A DNA stretch of 64,000 nucleotides, taken from positions 32,001-96,000 of the forward strand of contig JASFQK010000019.1 of assembly GCA_050115495.1 (NCBI GenBank), in the 5' to 3' direction. Origin of the DNA: Phycisphaerae bacterium. Lineage in GTDB: Bacteria; Planctomycetota; Phycisphaerae; UBA1845; Fen-1342. A program made the translations under genes and the position numbers. Shown here in pieces: positions 1 to 10,392 of the stretch; the first letter of the stretch is position 1; each line of letters starts with the position of its first letter. The notes beneath the pieces were generated by a model, which was not told the DNA's origin, searched no databases, and saw only the letters and a program-made list of their open reading frames with translations.

Positions 1-2293
1 GCTCGACGTGCATGAACACCTCGACGATGAGGTTGTCCGCGAAGCCGACCGGCGCCGTGTCGGCGTCGGCGGCCAACTCGAAAGCCGGCCCGTCGGTGGC
101 GTCCACAACCTCACGCAGCGTGATCCCCGGCGGCGGTGCATTCAGTTCGAACTCGACCTTTCGCGCCCCACCACGCCGCGGTACGGACAGCCGCACTTGC
201 GTTGCGCCGCCGGCGGGAATCCGCACCGGTCCCTCGTCGGCGAGCCCAAGACCCAGACCGAAGCGCTGTCCGCGCAGCACGGCGACCAGCAGTTCCTGTG
301 AAGGCGTTAGGTGCCGGTAGAGGAAGGCTTGCATCATGTCCTCGGCGGGCACCGCCGGCCGCGAGACCGCTTCGCCGCCGATCGTCGCCCGGCCGACCAC
401 GGTCAGCGGAACGGGATCGCGCGGCGGACCGGGAGGCACGCTCAACGTGACACGGGCGCTGTCCTGCCCGGCGGGCACGCGCGCTCCGCTCAACGTGAAC
501 CCCGGCGGCGCATCGACCAACTCCAACTCGATCTCGCCGGCGAAGCCGTCCTGCCGCAGGGCGTACACGCGCATCGGTACCGAGAAGCCGGCCCGCGCGT
601 TCAGGCTCGACGGCGTTACGCGCAGTTTGAAGTCCGGCTGCGGCGGGCTGACACGCAAACGATAGGCGTATTCTTCGCCGCTCTGCGACTGCACGTCGCT
701 CACCTGGACGTAGTAGGTGCCATCTGCCGGCAGCGTGGTCCGCAGGTACGAGTCGGCGTGGTGCGTGAGGACGCCCATGTCGGTGTGCAGGAACCCTTCC
801 TTGTGCTCGCTGTCGTCGTTCCAGTCGAGGACGTTGCCGGAGGCATCCAGCAGCCGCAGCAGCGAATCGAGCGGCGAGCGGGCCCGCCGGGCGATTACCT
901 CGGCGACGATCTCGCCGCCGGCCTTACCCTTGAACTGGAAGAGGTCCACGTCGCCCGGGCGGTCGATGCGGCCGTCGACGATGCGCGGCAGGTGGACGCG
1001 CTGAGCGTCGGCGACGGTGTCGTTGCTCTCGGTTTCCTTGTCGGCGGTGAGGTCGTTCACGTCGTAGGTGACGGGGTTGGACATGGCCTTGCCGCCGCCG
1101 AGCGGCTTCTGGCGGATGCCGGGGCTGCGCGGCGCGGCCTTACCGTCGAGAAAGAGGCGGTCGGTCGCGAGGTTCCAGCCGGCAACCGACACGTAGCGCT
1201 GCTGTCCCACGCGGCAGCCGAGCGGGAAGATGGACGTCACGAAGGGCCGGGCGCCGAGAGCGACTCGATAGACGAAGTCTTCGCGGCCACGGTAGATCGA
1301 GTCGCGGATCTCCAGTTCGTACTCGCCGTCGGCGGGAACGTCGTAGCAGAGGACGGGGTCGGGGCTGAAGCGGTAGTCGTCGACGAAGGCCAATTCGTTG
1401 CCGGCGGCGTCGTACAACGCCAGCGTCGCCTGGAACCAGCCCGGCACCGCGTCGGCGAGATACGGGATGAGCGACCGGGCGCTGGTCTCGATCACCAGCC
1501 GCTGTCCCGCCGTCGCCTGGAAGCGGAAGCGGTCGATGTCGCCGGGCATGATCTGGCCGTTGATCAGGACGGGCAGCTCAAGCGGCGGCTCGGCGGGCAG
1601 GAGATCCATGACGCGCTGCTCGCCCGGTTCCAGCTCCCGGGTTTCCCGCAGCGCGCCGACCTGGAACACCATCGGGTTCGTCAGGCCCTGCCGCGTGCCG
1701 ATGCGCAGTTCGCGGTCGCCGGGCGGGGCATCGCGGTCGATGGTGACCTCGACCAGCACGCTCTCGCCGATCTGGGCGTTGCGCTGACCCTGTCGCGCCT
1801 GTCGCATCACCTGGCGGATGTTCAGCAACTCGCGCAGGCTCTTGTGGTCGAGGTCGCACAAGAGCGGGTGCTCGGGTAGCTCGACCGGTTCCTCGGACGA
1901 TTCCGCTTCTTTGCCCCTCCGCCCGCCCCGGGCGGGCTGGACAAACCGCCGCCAGCCGAGGCGGTCGCGCACCACGCCCTCGTCGACGAGCTCGGCCCAG
2001 CGCTTCTGCGCGACTTCACGCATCTTCTCACCCAGCGCGTCGGCCTGCTCCCGGCTGATGTTCTGGAGCGGCGGGAAGTGACGCACGACGGTGGCCTGCA
2101 CGCCCTCACCCGTCACGTACACGTCGGACGCGCCGCGGAGGAACTGCCCGCCGGCGACGACCTGGAACGTCCTGCCGCGCTGGCCGCCGGCCGGGTAGAG
2201 ATAGCCGATGTGCGGCTCGCGCGCGGCCTGGCCCCAGGCGCTCGCGACGCCCAGCAGCAACAGCATCGGCACAGCCAGCCTCATCCGCATCAT
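1..2293 (-). CDS. Secreted PPC (pre-peptidase C-terminal)-repeat protein of planctomycete DUF1501/DUF1553 clusters; runs off the window edge
   Basis: Not in the ORF track (no stop in window). Manual translation from ATG 2293: MMRMRLAVPMLLLLGVASAWGQAAREPHIGYLYPAGGQRG..., with repeated PGD(I/V)D.F.F and DD..DP/DS motifs. Start overlaps the DUF1501 stop (ATGA). Confidence 0.85.
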   Translation of the reverse strand, partial: MMRMRLAVPMLLLLGVASAWGQAAREPHIGYLYPAGGQRGRTFQVVAGGQFLRGASDVYVTGEGVQATVVRHFPPLQNISREQADALGEKMREVAQKRWAELVDEGVVRDRLGWRRFVQPARGGRRGKEAESSEEPVELPEHPLLCDLDHKSLRELLNIRQVMRQARQGQRNAQIGESVLVEVTIDRDAPPGDRELRIGTRQGLTNPMVFQVGALRETRELEPGEQRVMDLLPAEPPLELPVLINGQIMPGDIDRFRFQATAGQRLVIETSARSLIPYLADAVPGWFQATLALYDAAGNELAFVDDYRFSPDPVLCYDVPADGEYELEIRDSIYRGREDFVYRVALGARPFVTSIFPLGCRVGQQRYVSVAGWNLATDRLFLDGKAAPRSPGIRQKPLGGGKAMSNPVTYDVNDLTADKETESNDTVADAQRVHLPRIVDGRIDRPGDVDLFQFKGKAGGEIVAEVIARRARSPLDSLLRLLDASGNVLDWNDDSEHKEGFLHTDMGVLTHHADSYLRTTLPADGTYYVQVSDVQSQSGEEYAYRLRVSPPQPDFKLRVTPSSLNARAGFSVPMRVYALRQDGFAGEIELELVDAPPGFTLSGARVPAGQDSARVTLSVPPGPPRDPVPLTVVGRATIGGEAVSRPAVPAEDMMQAFLYRHLTPSQELLVAVLRGQRFGLGLGLADEGPVRIPAGGATQVRLSVPRRGGARKVEFELNAPPPGITLREVVDATDGPAFELAADADTAPVGFADNLIVEVFMHVE

Positions 2294-3630
2294 GACGGCA
2301 TGATCTCCCGCAGTCGGCCGCCGCTGGGATTGTCCGCGTCGGCCACCGGCAACAGCCGCACGTCGAGGCCGCGAGCGTTCGGCAGCGTGCCCTCGGGGTC
2401 GATCCCCAGCAGCTCGTAGATGCTGCCGATCAGGTCGAGCGGATAGACCGGGCGCTCGGCGACGTCCTCGCCGGTGGCGTTCGACGCACCGACGACGCGA
2501 CCGCCCTGAAAACCGCCGCCGGCCACGACGGTGGAGAAACACTTGCCAAAGTGTCCGCGGCCGCCGTTCCAGGGCGGCTCCCACTGCACGCGGGGCGTAC
2601 GGCCGAATTCGCCGCCCCACCACACGATCGTGCTGGCCAACAGGTCGCGGCCGGCGAGATCCTGCAACAGTGTGGCCATGCCGCGGTCCATTTCGGGGAG
2701 CTTGCGGCTCATGGTCTGGAAGTGCTGCTTGTGCGTGTCCCAGCCCTTGTAGTTGATCGTCACGTAGGGCACGCCACTCTCGACCAGCCGCCGGGCCATG
2801 AGGCAGCACTGGCCGAATGTGTTGCGGCCGTAGCGTTCGCGCAGGTCGTCCGGCTCGCTGGACAAATCGAAGAGCTGGCGGACGTCGCCGAACATCATGT
2901 CGTAGGCGTGCTGCTCGCATTCGTCGAAGCGCGTGAGGCGGGCGTCGTAGGGTAGCGCCCGACCGAGCGAATCCAGTGCATGCAGCAGGTCGCGCCGCCG
3001 CATCTGACGCTGGTCCGAGATACCTTGGGCGATAATGCCCTCGACGGCGAAGCGGGCCTGGTTCGGGTCGCCGCCGGTGGCGAAGGGTTTGTATTGCTGG
3101 CCGAGGAAGCCGGCCTCGGAGAAACGGCCCTGCGGCTCGGTGAGCACGATGTACGGCGGGGCGAGGCCGCGGTAGCCATGGTCGTAGCCCTTGAACAGCG
3201 AGACGACCGCGCCGACGCAGGGATAGACGAGGCGGCCGGGCTGACGGCCGGTCTGCACGAGGTAGGACGCGGTCTCATGGGCGTTCACGCCGTGCGTCAT
3301 GCTGCGGATGATGGCGTACTTGTCGGCCTGCTGGGCGAGCAGCGGGAGCGACTCGCCGATTTCGATGCCGGGCACGTTCGTGGGGATGGTCTTGTTGAGC
3401 GGGCCACAGTAGTCGGAGCCGGCGCCCGGCTTCGGATCGAACGTGTCGATGTGCGACGGGCCGCCCCACATCCAGATCTGGATCATCGAGCGGGCTGGTG
3501 CCGCCGACGGCGCGGCTGGTTGTGCGCGAACGTCGCCGGGTCGCAACAGCGCGAGCCCCGCCGCCCCGAGCAGTCCGCGACGCAGTGCTTCGCGCCGAGT
3601 GATCGCCTTGTCCGGTCTTCGCTGGTTCAT
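2290..3630 (-). CDS. DUF1501 domain protein with Tat-like signal
   Basis: TRREALRRG twin-arginine leader; WMWGGPSHIDTFDPKP, GWDTH, GEFGRTP and GRGHF motifs. ORF extends to 3654; ATG 3630 preferred. Confidence 0.9.
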   Translation of the reverse strand: MNQRRPDKAITRREALRRGLLGAAGLALLRPGDVRAQPAAPSAAPARSMIQIWMWGGPSHIDTFDPKPGAGSDYCGPLNKTIPTNVPGIEIGESLPLLAQQADKYAIIRSMTHGVNAHETASYLVQTGRQPGRLVYPCVGAVVSLFKGYDHGYRGLAPPYIVLTEPQGRFSEAGFLGQQYKPFATGGDPNQARFAVEGIIAQGISDQRQMRRRDLLHALDSLGRALPYDARLTRFDECEQHAYDMMFGDVRQLFDLSSEPDDLRERYGRNTFGQCCLMARRLVESGVPYVTINYKGWDTHKQHFQTMSRKLPEMDRGMATLLQDLAGRDLLASTIVWWGGEFGRTPRVQWEPPWNGGRGHFGKCFSTVVAGGGFQGGRVVGASNATGEDVAERPVYPLDLIGSIYELLGIDPEGTLPNARGLDVRLLPVADADNPSGGRLREIMPS

Positions 3631-3657
3631 GCGTGCATCCTCGCGATCCGGCACGGC

Positions 3658-5262
3658 TCAATGCCGGAACACGAACTCCTTACTGTTGATCAGGGCCCAG
3701 ACCACGTCGTTGACGGCCTGTCGGCGGTCGACGCCGTCGGCATTGAGATAGGCGTCGACCGCCTCCAGCTCCGCTGGCGTGGGATAGCGCGACAGGATTG
3801 TGAGATAGAGCGCGCGAACCGCCTCGCGCAATCCGCCCCGGCCGGGGCGCAGCAGCGCCCGCAGGCGCTGACTGCCCTCGATCTTCTTCTGCACGTGGCT
3901 CGAATTCAGCAGGTGCAGGCGCTGGGCGTCGGTCGAGCGGCGATCGCGCTCGGATTCGAGGCCGGTGTCGCGGGCCGGGCGGCCGAACATCTCCAGGAAC
4001 GGGCTGCTGATGCTGCCGTCGGCGAGGGCGATCGTGCGTTGCTCCTGCGGAATGTGCGTGAAGGGCTCGGGGATGGCGCTCGTGTAGCGCTCGCCGCTGC
4101 CGCAGATCGCGTTCAGGGCGTCGACGAGCACCTCCGCATCCAGCCGGCGGACGGGGTAGTACGCGAACAGCGCCTCTGCGTCGGGATCGTCGCTGCGCGG
4201 CAGGCACGATTGCTGGTACGTGTGCGAGTTGAGGATCAGCCGGTAGATGTGCCGCAGGTCGTACTTGCTCGCGACGAGCTCTGCTTCGAGATAGGTGAGC
4301 AACTCCGGATTCACCGGCGGATTGTCGGGGCGGATATCGTCGGGCTCGTCGATGATGCCCCGGCCGAGCAGCCACGCCCAGATGCGGTTCACGACGTTGC
4401 GGGCGAACCACGGGTTCTCCGGCGAGGTGAGCCAGTCGGCGAAGGCGCGCCGCGGATCGTCGCCGGCGGCGATGTCGATTTCGCGGCCGTCGGGGAAGCG
4501 GGCGTGCAGCGGGGTCGTCGCCGACGGATCGACGTAGACGATCTCCTCCTTCCACTCGGCCGTGCCCTTGAACGCGACGCGGGAGAAGAAGGCGGCCATG
4601 TCCTGCCGGCGATCCTCGGGCCAGGCGTCGTAGCGCGTGCCCATGAAGGTGAGGGCGACTGCGGCGGCCAGCGTCGCCGGGTCGTGATCCTGCACGGCGC
4701 GATAGAAGTTCACGGGCGGCACACGGAAGTTGCTGCCGCTCGAAGTCAGCAGTTCGCGAACGAACGCGTCGTAGGGCTTATTCCGAGCCAGCGCATCGCG
4801 GACCCAGTGGTGATAGGCTTGGACGGCATTCGGCCAGAGGTTGATGGGGAACTCCGACTTCACGCGGAGCAGGTCGCACCATTTCAGGGCCCAGTAGTCG
4901 GCAAACTCGTCACGCTCCAGCAGCGCGTCGATCAGCCGGGCGCGTTTGTCCGGCCGCTTGTCGGCGAGGAAGTCGCGCACTTCGCGCGCCTCGGGCAGCG
5001 TTCCAATAACGTCGAGGTACACGCGGCGGACGAAAACCGTGTCCGAGCAGAGATAAGCGGGCTCGATCTTCTTCTGACAAAGTCTGGCGAGGATGTGCTC
5101 GTCGATCGGGTCGGTCGGCGTGAAGGCGGTGTCGGTCTCGAACGGCTGCACGGGCGGCGGATCGGCGGCCCAGGCCCCGGCCGGCACGGCGAGCAGTACA
5201 GCCGCAATCAGCATGACCGGCACGCGTTTCTCCGCCTGGCGACACAACACCATTTCACCCAA
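3658..5262 (-). CDS. DUF1549/DUF1553 (PSCyt2/PSD1) planctomycete protein
   Basis: FVRRVYLDVIGTLP, NKPYDAFVRELL, NPWFARNVVNRIWAWLLGRG, RRLDAEVLVDAL and C-terminal WALINSKEFVFRH; start uncertain. Confidence 0.9.
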   Translation of the reverse strand: MGEMVLCRQAEKRVPVMLIAAVLLAVPAGAWAADPPPVQPFETDTAFTPTDPIDEHILARLCQKKIEPAYLCSDTVFVRRVYLDVIGTLPEAREVRDFLADKRPDKRARLIDALLERDEFADYWALKWCDLLRVKSEFPINLWPNAVQAYHHWVRDALARNKPYDAFVRELLTSSGSNFRVPPVNFYRAVQDHDPATLAAAVALTFMGTRYDAWPEDRRQDMAAFFSRVAFKGTAEWKEEIVYVDPSATTPLHARFPDGREIDIAAGDDPRRAFADWLTSPENPWFARNVVNRIWAWLLGRGIIDEPDDIRPDNPPVNPELLTYLEAELVASKYDLRHIYRLILNSHTYQQSCLPRSDDPDAEALFAYYPVRRLDAEVLVDALNAICGSGERYTSAIPEPFTHIPQEQRTIALADGSISSPFLEMFGRPARDTGLESERDRRSTDAQRLHLLNSSHVQKKIEGSQRLRALLRPGRGGLREAVRALYLTILSRYPTPAELEAVDAYLNADGVDRRQAVNDVVWALINSKEFVFRH

Positions 5263-5409
5263 TCGATCTATCGGCGTCCACAGAAATCGGCGGCAGGCGG
5301 CTTACAGCTCGCGATCACACGCCTCTGTAGCGGCCGGTCTCCGTGCCGGCCGTCCTGGTAGCGTCGGCCCCCCGTGGCCGACGTCGAACGCCGACAAACG
5401 TACGGCGCC

Positions 5410-6426
5410 TCACAACTCCCGATCGCACGCCGCCGCCAGTGGCTTCAGATTTGCCATCAGTTGGCGGAACTCGGTCACGTCCAGCGATTGCGGGCCGTCG
5501 CTCCAGGCCTGGGTCGGCGAGGGGTGGACCTCGATCAGCAGGCCGTCGGCGCCGCAGGCCAGGGCCGCCCGGCACATCGGCGCGACCAAGTGCGCGTGGC
5601 CCGTGCCGTGTGACGGGTCGACGAGGATCGGCAGGTCGCTGCGGCGCTTCACTTCCGGCACGACGGCCAGCGTTAACGTGTTCCGCACGTAATCCTCGAA
5701 CGTCCGGATGCCGCGCTCGCAGAGGATGACCGGGGCGCTGCCGCCCTGCCGGACGTATTCGGCCGCCAGGAGGAACTCTTCCAGCGTCGCGCTCCAGCCG
5801 CGTTTCAGCAATACGGGCTTGTCCTGCTCGCCGAGGGCGCGGAGCAACGGTGTGTTCTGCATGTTGCGCGAGCCGACCTGGAGGACGTCGGCGACGGCGC
5901 GGACGGGCTCGATCTGGGCGACGGACATCACCTCGGTCACGACGGCCAGGCCGGTCTGCTCGCGGACGCGGCCGAGCATCTCCAGGCCGTCCTCGCCGAG
6001 GCCCTGGAAGGAGTAGGGCGCCGTGCGCGGCTTGAACGCCCCGCCCCGCAGACCCACGGCTCCGGCCTCGGCCACGGCGTGTGCTGTTTCGAGCAGGCGC
6101 CCTTCGTCCTCGACACTGCACGGACCGGCGATGACGGCGACTCGCCGACCGCCGACCGTCGCCCGGGGTCCGAGCGGGACTTCGTGCAGCTCGTTCTCCG
6201 GGCCGCGGCAGATGGCGAAGACCTGCGTGGGGTCGTCGACGACGGCGGCGACCGCCGGCAGTTCGCCCAATTGGTCGCGGGGCACCTGCCGGCCGGCGCC
6301 GAGGACCTCGATGACGCAGTGCGGCGCTCCGGGGCACACATGTCCGATAGCATCGCAGCGGGCGAGCAGACGGACCACACGGTCGACATCTTCTCCCGAG
6401 CAGGCCGGCTGCATCACCACGAACAT
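5410..6426 (-). CDS. aroF: 3-deoxy-7-phosphoheptulonate (DAHP) synthase, type I-beta, with N-terminal regulatory domain
   Basis: IAGPCSVE, GGAFKPRTAPYSFQGLG, QVGSRNMQN, LLKRG, LCERGIRTF, DPSHGTG, EVHP, SDGPQSL; start MFVVMQP at 6426. Confidence 0.95.
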   Translation of the reverse strand: MFVVMQPACSGEDVDRVVRLLARCDAIGHVCPGAPHCVIEVLGAGRQVPRDQLGELPAVAAVVDDPTQVFAICRGPENELHEVPLGPRATVGGRRVAVIAGPCSVEDEGRLLETAHAVAEAGAVGLRGGAFKPRTAPYSFQGLGEDGLEMLGRVREQTGLAVVTEVMSVAQIEPVRAVADVLQVGSRNMQNTPLLRALGEQDKPVLLKRGWSATLEEFLLAAEYVRQGGSAPVILCERGIRTFEDYVRNTLTLAVVPEVKRRSDLPILVDPSHGTGHAHLVAPMCRAALACGADGLLIEVHPSPTQAWSDGPQSLDVTEFRQLMANLKPLAAACDREL

Positions 6427-6668
6427 GACGACCCTCGCGCGCGGTCCAAGACACTCCAGTCCGTCGCCCCGCGTAGCATAACGCGCCGAAACCGGTTCCA
6501 TTGCATCGGGACCGCCGGTGGCGTCTCCCAATTGCCCGGCTCGCTGGCGGAGCGGTACACTGGAGGGGAACAAAGGGGCAAAGGAGCAAAGGGACAGAGG
6601 GGCAAAGATGGGGCGGGGAGCGCCCCGCGCGAACGGGAGAGGTCCGGCTGCCTGGAGAGGGTCCTGCC

Positions 6669-7316
6669 ATGAAGACGTGGGGTATGCTTGTTGTTGCCGC
6701 GATGCTCGTCGTCGGCGCCGGCGGCGGATGTGCGAAGAAGGAGCCATTCTCCATCGACCCGAGCACACCGGCGCCAGGTGAAGCCCGGGCCGAGACTGAG
6801 TCCCAGCCGGCCACGTCGAAACCGTTCGGACGTTCGTCGATAACGTTGTTCCCAGACGGCACGTGCGTCGGCGAATCCGACCCGCCGGTGCGGCCGGGTG
6901 AGTACCGTCTCTTTTTCCGGCGAGTGCCGGACCGAGGCAACACGCCACGCTGGTCACGGTGTCCGCACCGCGCGGACAACTGGGGCCGGTATCTCTACCT
7001 CGACTTCGAGAGGAACATCAGCGTGCTCGTGATCGCGAACGTGCCGGACCTTCCGCACTGGACGAGGAACGAAACCGCCGACGCCGCGACCATCTGCCCT
7101 GGCTCCGCGTTCGAGATGCGCGTTCAGCCCGAGCCGAACACGCTGACGGTCGTGTTGCTGGACAAGACGCAGTGCGCGTTCCCGCTGTGCGAGGGCGCGG
7201 TCCAGGCGTTTTGGGACCACCGCGAGCAACCGTACTCCGTAGTGGACAGCGTCCTAAGGTGCCTGGGCGACAGCATCGACCCGGAACTGGAAACGTTGCT
7301 GAGGGCTCACCGATAG
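6669..7316 (+). CDS. Hypothetical lipoprotein/secreted protein
   Basis: MKTWGMLVVAAMLVVGAGGGC signal with lipobox-like Cys; GGAGAGG upstream. Confidence 0.7.
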   Translation: MKTWGMLVVAAMLVVGAGGGCAKKEPFSIDPSTPAPGEARAETESQPATSKPFGRSSITLFPDGTCVGESDPPVRPGEYRLFFRRVPDRGNTPRWSRCPHRADNWGRYLYLDFERNISVLVIANVPDLPHWTRNETADAATICPGSAFEMRVQPEPNTLTVVLLDKTQCAFPLCEGAVQAFWDHREQPYSVVDSVLRCLGDSIDPELETLLRAHR

Positions 7317-7379
7317 TGTGCTTTCTGGCAGCGGGGGCAAGCGCGCGATACGAGCCACGCGTGGGAGGCGCCCAGGCAG

Positions 7380-8159
7380 ATGACGACGACACCGGGCATG
7401 GACGACAGGGACACGGACGGCGGGTCGTATCAGCCGGGCGGCTTCTGTCCGCATTGCGGCTATGCGATGGATGCCGGCCGCTGCCCCGAGTGCGGCCGCC
7501 TCGTCAGCGCGAGGCAACTGGACACGGTGCCCTTCGCCAGACGGCAACGCCGGCGGCGAAGGAGAATCGTCCTCGCGGCCAGCCTCATCGCTCTGCCGCT
7601 TCTGGCGTGGTACTCGTGGGAAGGCGTCGTGCCCTCGTTGTGGCGGTGGGCACCGACGAGCATGGCGATCGGCTCGTTCGCCCGAGGCAGCTGGGACGCC
7701 GGAGTGGAGGTCGCCGAGCGTTTCGTCGCCGGCAAGCTCAGCCAGGCAGAGGCCAACGCGTTCTTCGACGCCGCCCTGCGCGTTGAAGGGCCGGCCACGC
7801 TCTCGATGCTCGGCGACGATTCCGCGGAGTGGCGGCTCTCGATCCAACTGACGCAGAGGCTGCCAGACGTCGCGAGGCCGGGGTGGTCGTTGCACCTGAC
7901 GCACTGGGAGTTGCGCGCCGACAACGGTGTCGTGGCGGGCGAGGACGACGAGGTCGCTTCGTGGAGCACCAGGGCATCTCATGTGGCCTTCGGCCTCCAT
8001 GGCGTGGAGAGACTACCCGCCGACAGACCGATGGTCGTTCGGTTCACGCTGGAACTGCACTGCTCCGGCATGGCGTACCGTGGGGGCGCGGCGCCTCTGC
8101 ACGTCTGGAATCTGGACGTGCCGGCGACCGTGCCCCATCCGGCGTCCACTCAGCCGTGA
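7380..8159 (+). CDS. Zinc-ribbon membrane-anchored hypothetical protein
   Basis: FCPHCGYAMDAGRCPECG, then an Arg-rich stretch and one TM helix. Confidence 0.75.
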   Translation: MTTTPGMDDRDTDGGSYQPGGFCPHCGYAMDAGRCPECGRLVSARQLDTVPFARRQRRRRRRIVLAASLIALPLLAWYSWEGVVPSLWRWAPTSMAIGSFARGSWDAGVEVAERFVAGKLSQAEANAFFDAALRVEGPATLSMLGDDSAEWRLSIQLTQRLPDVARPGWSLHLTHWELRADNGVVAGEDDEVASWSTRASHVAFGLHGVERLPADRPMVVRFTLELHCSGMAYRGGAAPLHVWNLDVPATVPHPASTQP

Positions 8160-8180
8160 GGGCGGGACGCCAGCCATCGT

Positions 8181-9722
8181 TCAGCGGTGGACGTCGATGG
8201 TCTTCTCCAGCTCGATTCGGCGGGACCAGGTGGCCGCTGAGGGGAGGGTGGCGGTTTCGTCGTCGTGCCACTCGCCTTTCCAGGCGGTGAGGTTGGGACC
8301 GACGGCGAAGTAGAGCACCGCGCGGACACGTAGCGGACCAGGCTGTGTGGGCGTGATGGAGGCCTGAATGCGCGATAGACCGCTGGCCACGAATTTGGCA
8401 TGCTCGCCGCGCTCCCGCTGCCCCAGCGGGGCAGGGTCGTCACCGAAGAAGAAGCCGCCGAAGTACACGGCCGGATCGAGGCCGAAGGGCGTGCGGCTGC
8501 GGCGGTAGGTTGAGCTAAGATGCACGTGCAGCGGCTCTCCCACCACGGCGGTCGCCGGAGCGTCGATCCGGACGTCGAGCATCTCGCCGTAGTAGCGCTC
8601 CGTAACGTCCGGAGGCAGCAGACTGGCGGACACCTGGCCCCACAACCAGCCGCCCTGGACCATATCGAGGTAGTCCTGTTCAAGTCGTTTGTCGAGCAGG
8701 CCGACCGCTAGCTGCCGTCGTTGCTCCGGCGACAGACGCCGGCCCAGCAGTTCGCTCCACTCTGCACGCGTGAAGCCGTCGTCGGCCACGGCGTCGTTGA
8801 TGAGCGCCCCGGTCGGAAGGGTGCGCAGCACCAAGCCGCGCACAGAAGCCGGTGACAGCATCATCAGGATCATCGGCAGCGCCGCCGCCGCCAGGAAGGC
8901 CACTGCCAACCACAGATGATGCGGCTGGCGGGATGGCTTCCCGATGATCATGCCGCCGGGGAGGCTCCAGTCCATGCCACACTCGGGGCAACGCCGGGGG
9001 TTCAGGCCGGAAGGCGCTTGCTGATAGCCGCAGGCCACGCAGTGCCGCGAGTTGCCGGTCCGGCGGCGATACCGGTTCAGGTAGATCAGCCCGGTGCACA
9101 GAAAGACCACCGCCAGCAACATCGGCCCATAGAGGAACAGCAGACCGGTGAGGCTGACACCGCCCAGCCAGTGCATCAGCAGAAACGCCACCGTGAAGAG
9201 GGCGACGCACAGGGCTACGGTGACCAGGATGTGCTCGCGGAGGATCGCCAGCAGACGCTGGAGACGCTGGTTCCATACCGGCGGCAACAGCGGCGGGGCC
9301 AGCCGCAACGGTGTGAACACGTAATTGAGCCAATAGGATGGTAGATCGGCCCGCACGTATGGGCGACGGCACTTGGGACACTTGCCCGCCGGCACGTCCT
9401 CCGGCACCGGTCGGCGGCAGCGGGGACAGATGTAGCCGTCGTGCTTCGGCACCTCACGCAACACGGTGCGCGCGATATGAAGGCGGCGTCCGAGCTGCGC
9501 GAAGATGATCGCCGGCACGACGACGCCCGTCGCGACTAACAGGAAAAGGAGTTCGTCTCTGCACGCGGCGGCCAGTGCCCCGCCCTTCCACGTGATGCCC
9601 CACACGAAGATGCCAACGGGTACGATGGCCCCCAACACGCGCCCGATGTAGCCCAACCACAGACGACGTATCCGCCGCTGTAAGCTCTGGGCCCAGATGT
9701 TGTCCGGATCGTGCCAGTTCAT
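8181..9722 (-). CDS. Membrane protein with two zinc ribbons
   Basis: CPRC..CPKC and CVACGY..CPECG motifs between about 5 TM helices; start MNWHDPDN at 9722. Confidence 0.8.
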   Translation of the reverse strand: MNWHDPDNIWAQSLQRRIRRLWLGYIGRVLGAIVPVGIFVWGITWKGGALAAACRDELLFLLVATGVVVPAIIFAQLGRRLHIARTVLREVPKHDGYICPRCRRPVPEDVPAGKCPKCRRPYVRADLPSYWLNYVFTPLRLAPPLLPPVWNQRLQRLLAILREHILVTVALCVALFTVAFLLMHWLGGVSLTGLLFLYGPMLLAVVFLCTGLIYLNRYRRRTGNSRHCVACGYQQAPSGLNPRRCPECGMDWSLPGGMIIGKPSRQPHHLWLAVAFLAAAALPMILMMLSPASVRGLVLRTLPTGALINDAVADDGFTRAEWSELLGRRLSPEQRRQLAVGLLDKRLEQDYLDMVQGGWLWGQVSASLLPPDVTERYYGEMLDVRIDAPATAVVGEPLHVHLSSTYRRSRTPFGLDPAVYFGGFFFGDDPAPLGQRERGEHAKFVASGLSRIQASITPTQPGPLRVRAVLYFAVGPNLTAWKGEWHDDETATLPSAATWSRRIELEKTIDVHR

Positions 9723-9956
9723 ACGTCTATCCCCCTGGAGACCCGGTGTACCCACGGGCCGCGGCACCGCCCCGCGTTCCCCAGAGGCCGTCATCCTACT
9801 CGTTTGCCGGCTGCCCCGCCGCCCCGCAAGTCGCCCCCGGCAGAAAGCGTGCCCGACCGCCGGCCCGCCGGTACAGCCCCCCCGGCCCGTCCCGGAGAAC
9901 TTCGTCGGGTTCGACGTTTCGCGGCTTGGTGTGGCCTGGGGCGGTCGGCTACGCGG

Positions 9957-10367
9957 TCACAACGGCAATTCGGGCTCGATGCGTTGCTGGCCCAGCAACT
10001 CCTTGACGGTGTCCACCAGCCGCGCCGTATCCACCGGTTTGTCCAGGAACACATCCACCGGCAAGTACGTGGCGTCCACGGCGAACCGGTACGGCACGTG
10101 CTTCTGCTCATGAATCGCCGACAGGATCACCAGCGGCAGCTTCGTCAGCTTCAACTCCTCCCGTATCGCCCGCGCGACTGCGAACCCCTCGTAGTCACTC
10201 GGCATCATCACGTCCAGAACCACCAGGTCCGGCGAGGTCGACTTCACCTTGGCCAACCCCTCATCCGCGTTCGAGGCCACTTCCACCTCGAACTGCGCCT
10301 TCTCCAACATGAGCCGGACCGCATCCTGAAAGTCCGGATCGTCATCGATCACGAGTACCTTCGCCAT
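9957..10367 (-). CDS. Single-domain response regulator (REC)
   Basis: KVLVIDDDPD, PDLVVLDVMMP, ILSA, LDKP. Confidence 0.9.
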   Translation of the reverse strand: MAKVLVIDDDPDFQDAVRLMLEKAQFEVEVASNADEGLAKVKSTSPDLVVLDVMMPSDYEGFAVARAIREELKLTKLPLVILSAIHEQKHVPYRFAVDATYLPVDVFLDKPVDTARLVDTVKELLGQQRIEPELPL

Positions 10368-10392
10368 GGTGCTGCTCCCATCGAACGACTGG

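Noticed and set aside
311..5361. Long plus-strand ORFs 311-1879 and 2980-5361
   Set aside because: Antisense shadows of the minus-strand PPC, DUF1501 and DUF1553 genes; typical of high-GC DNA, with no recognisable motifs.
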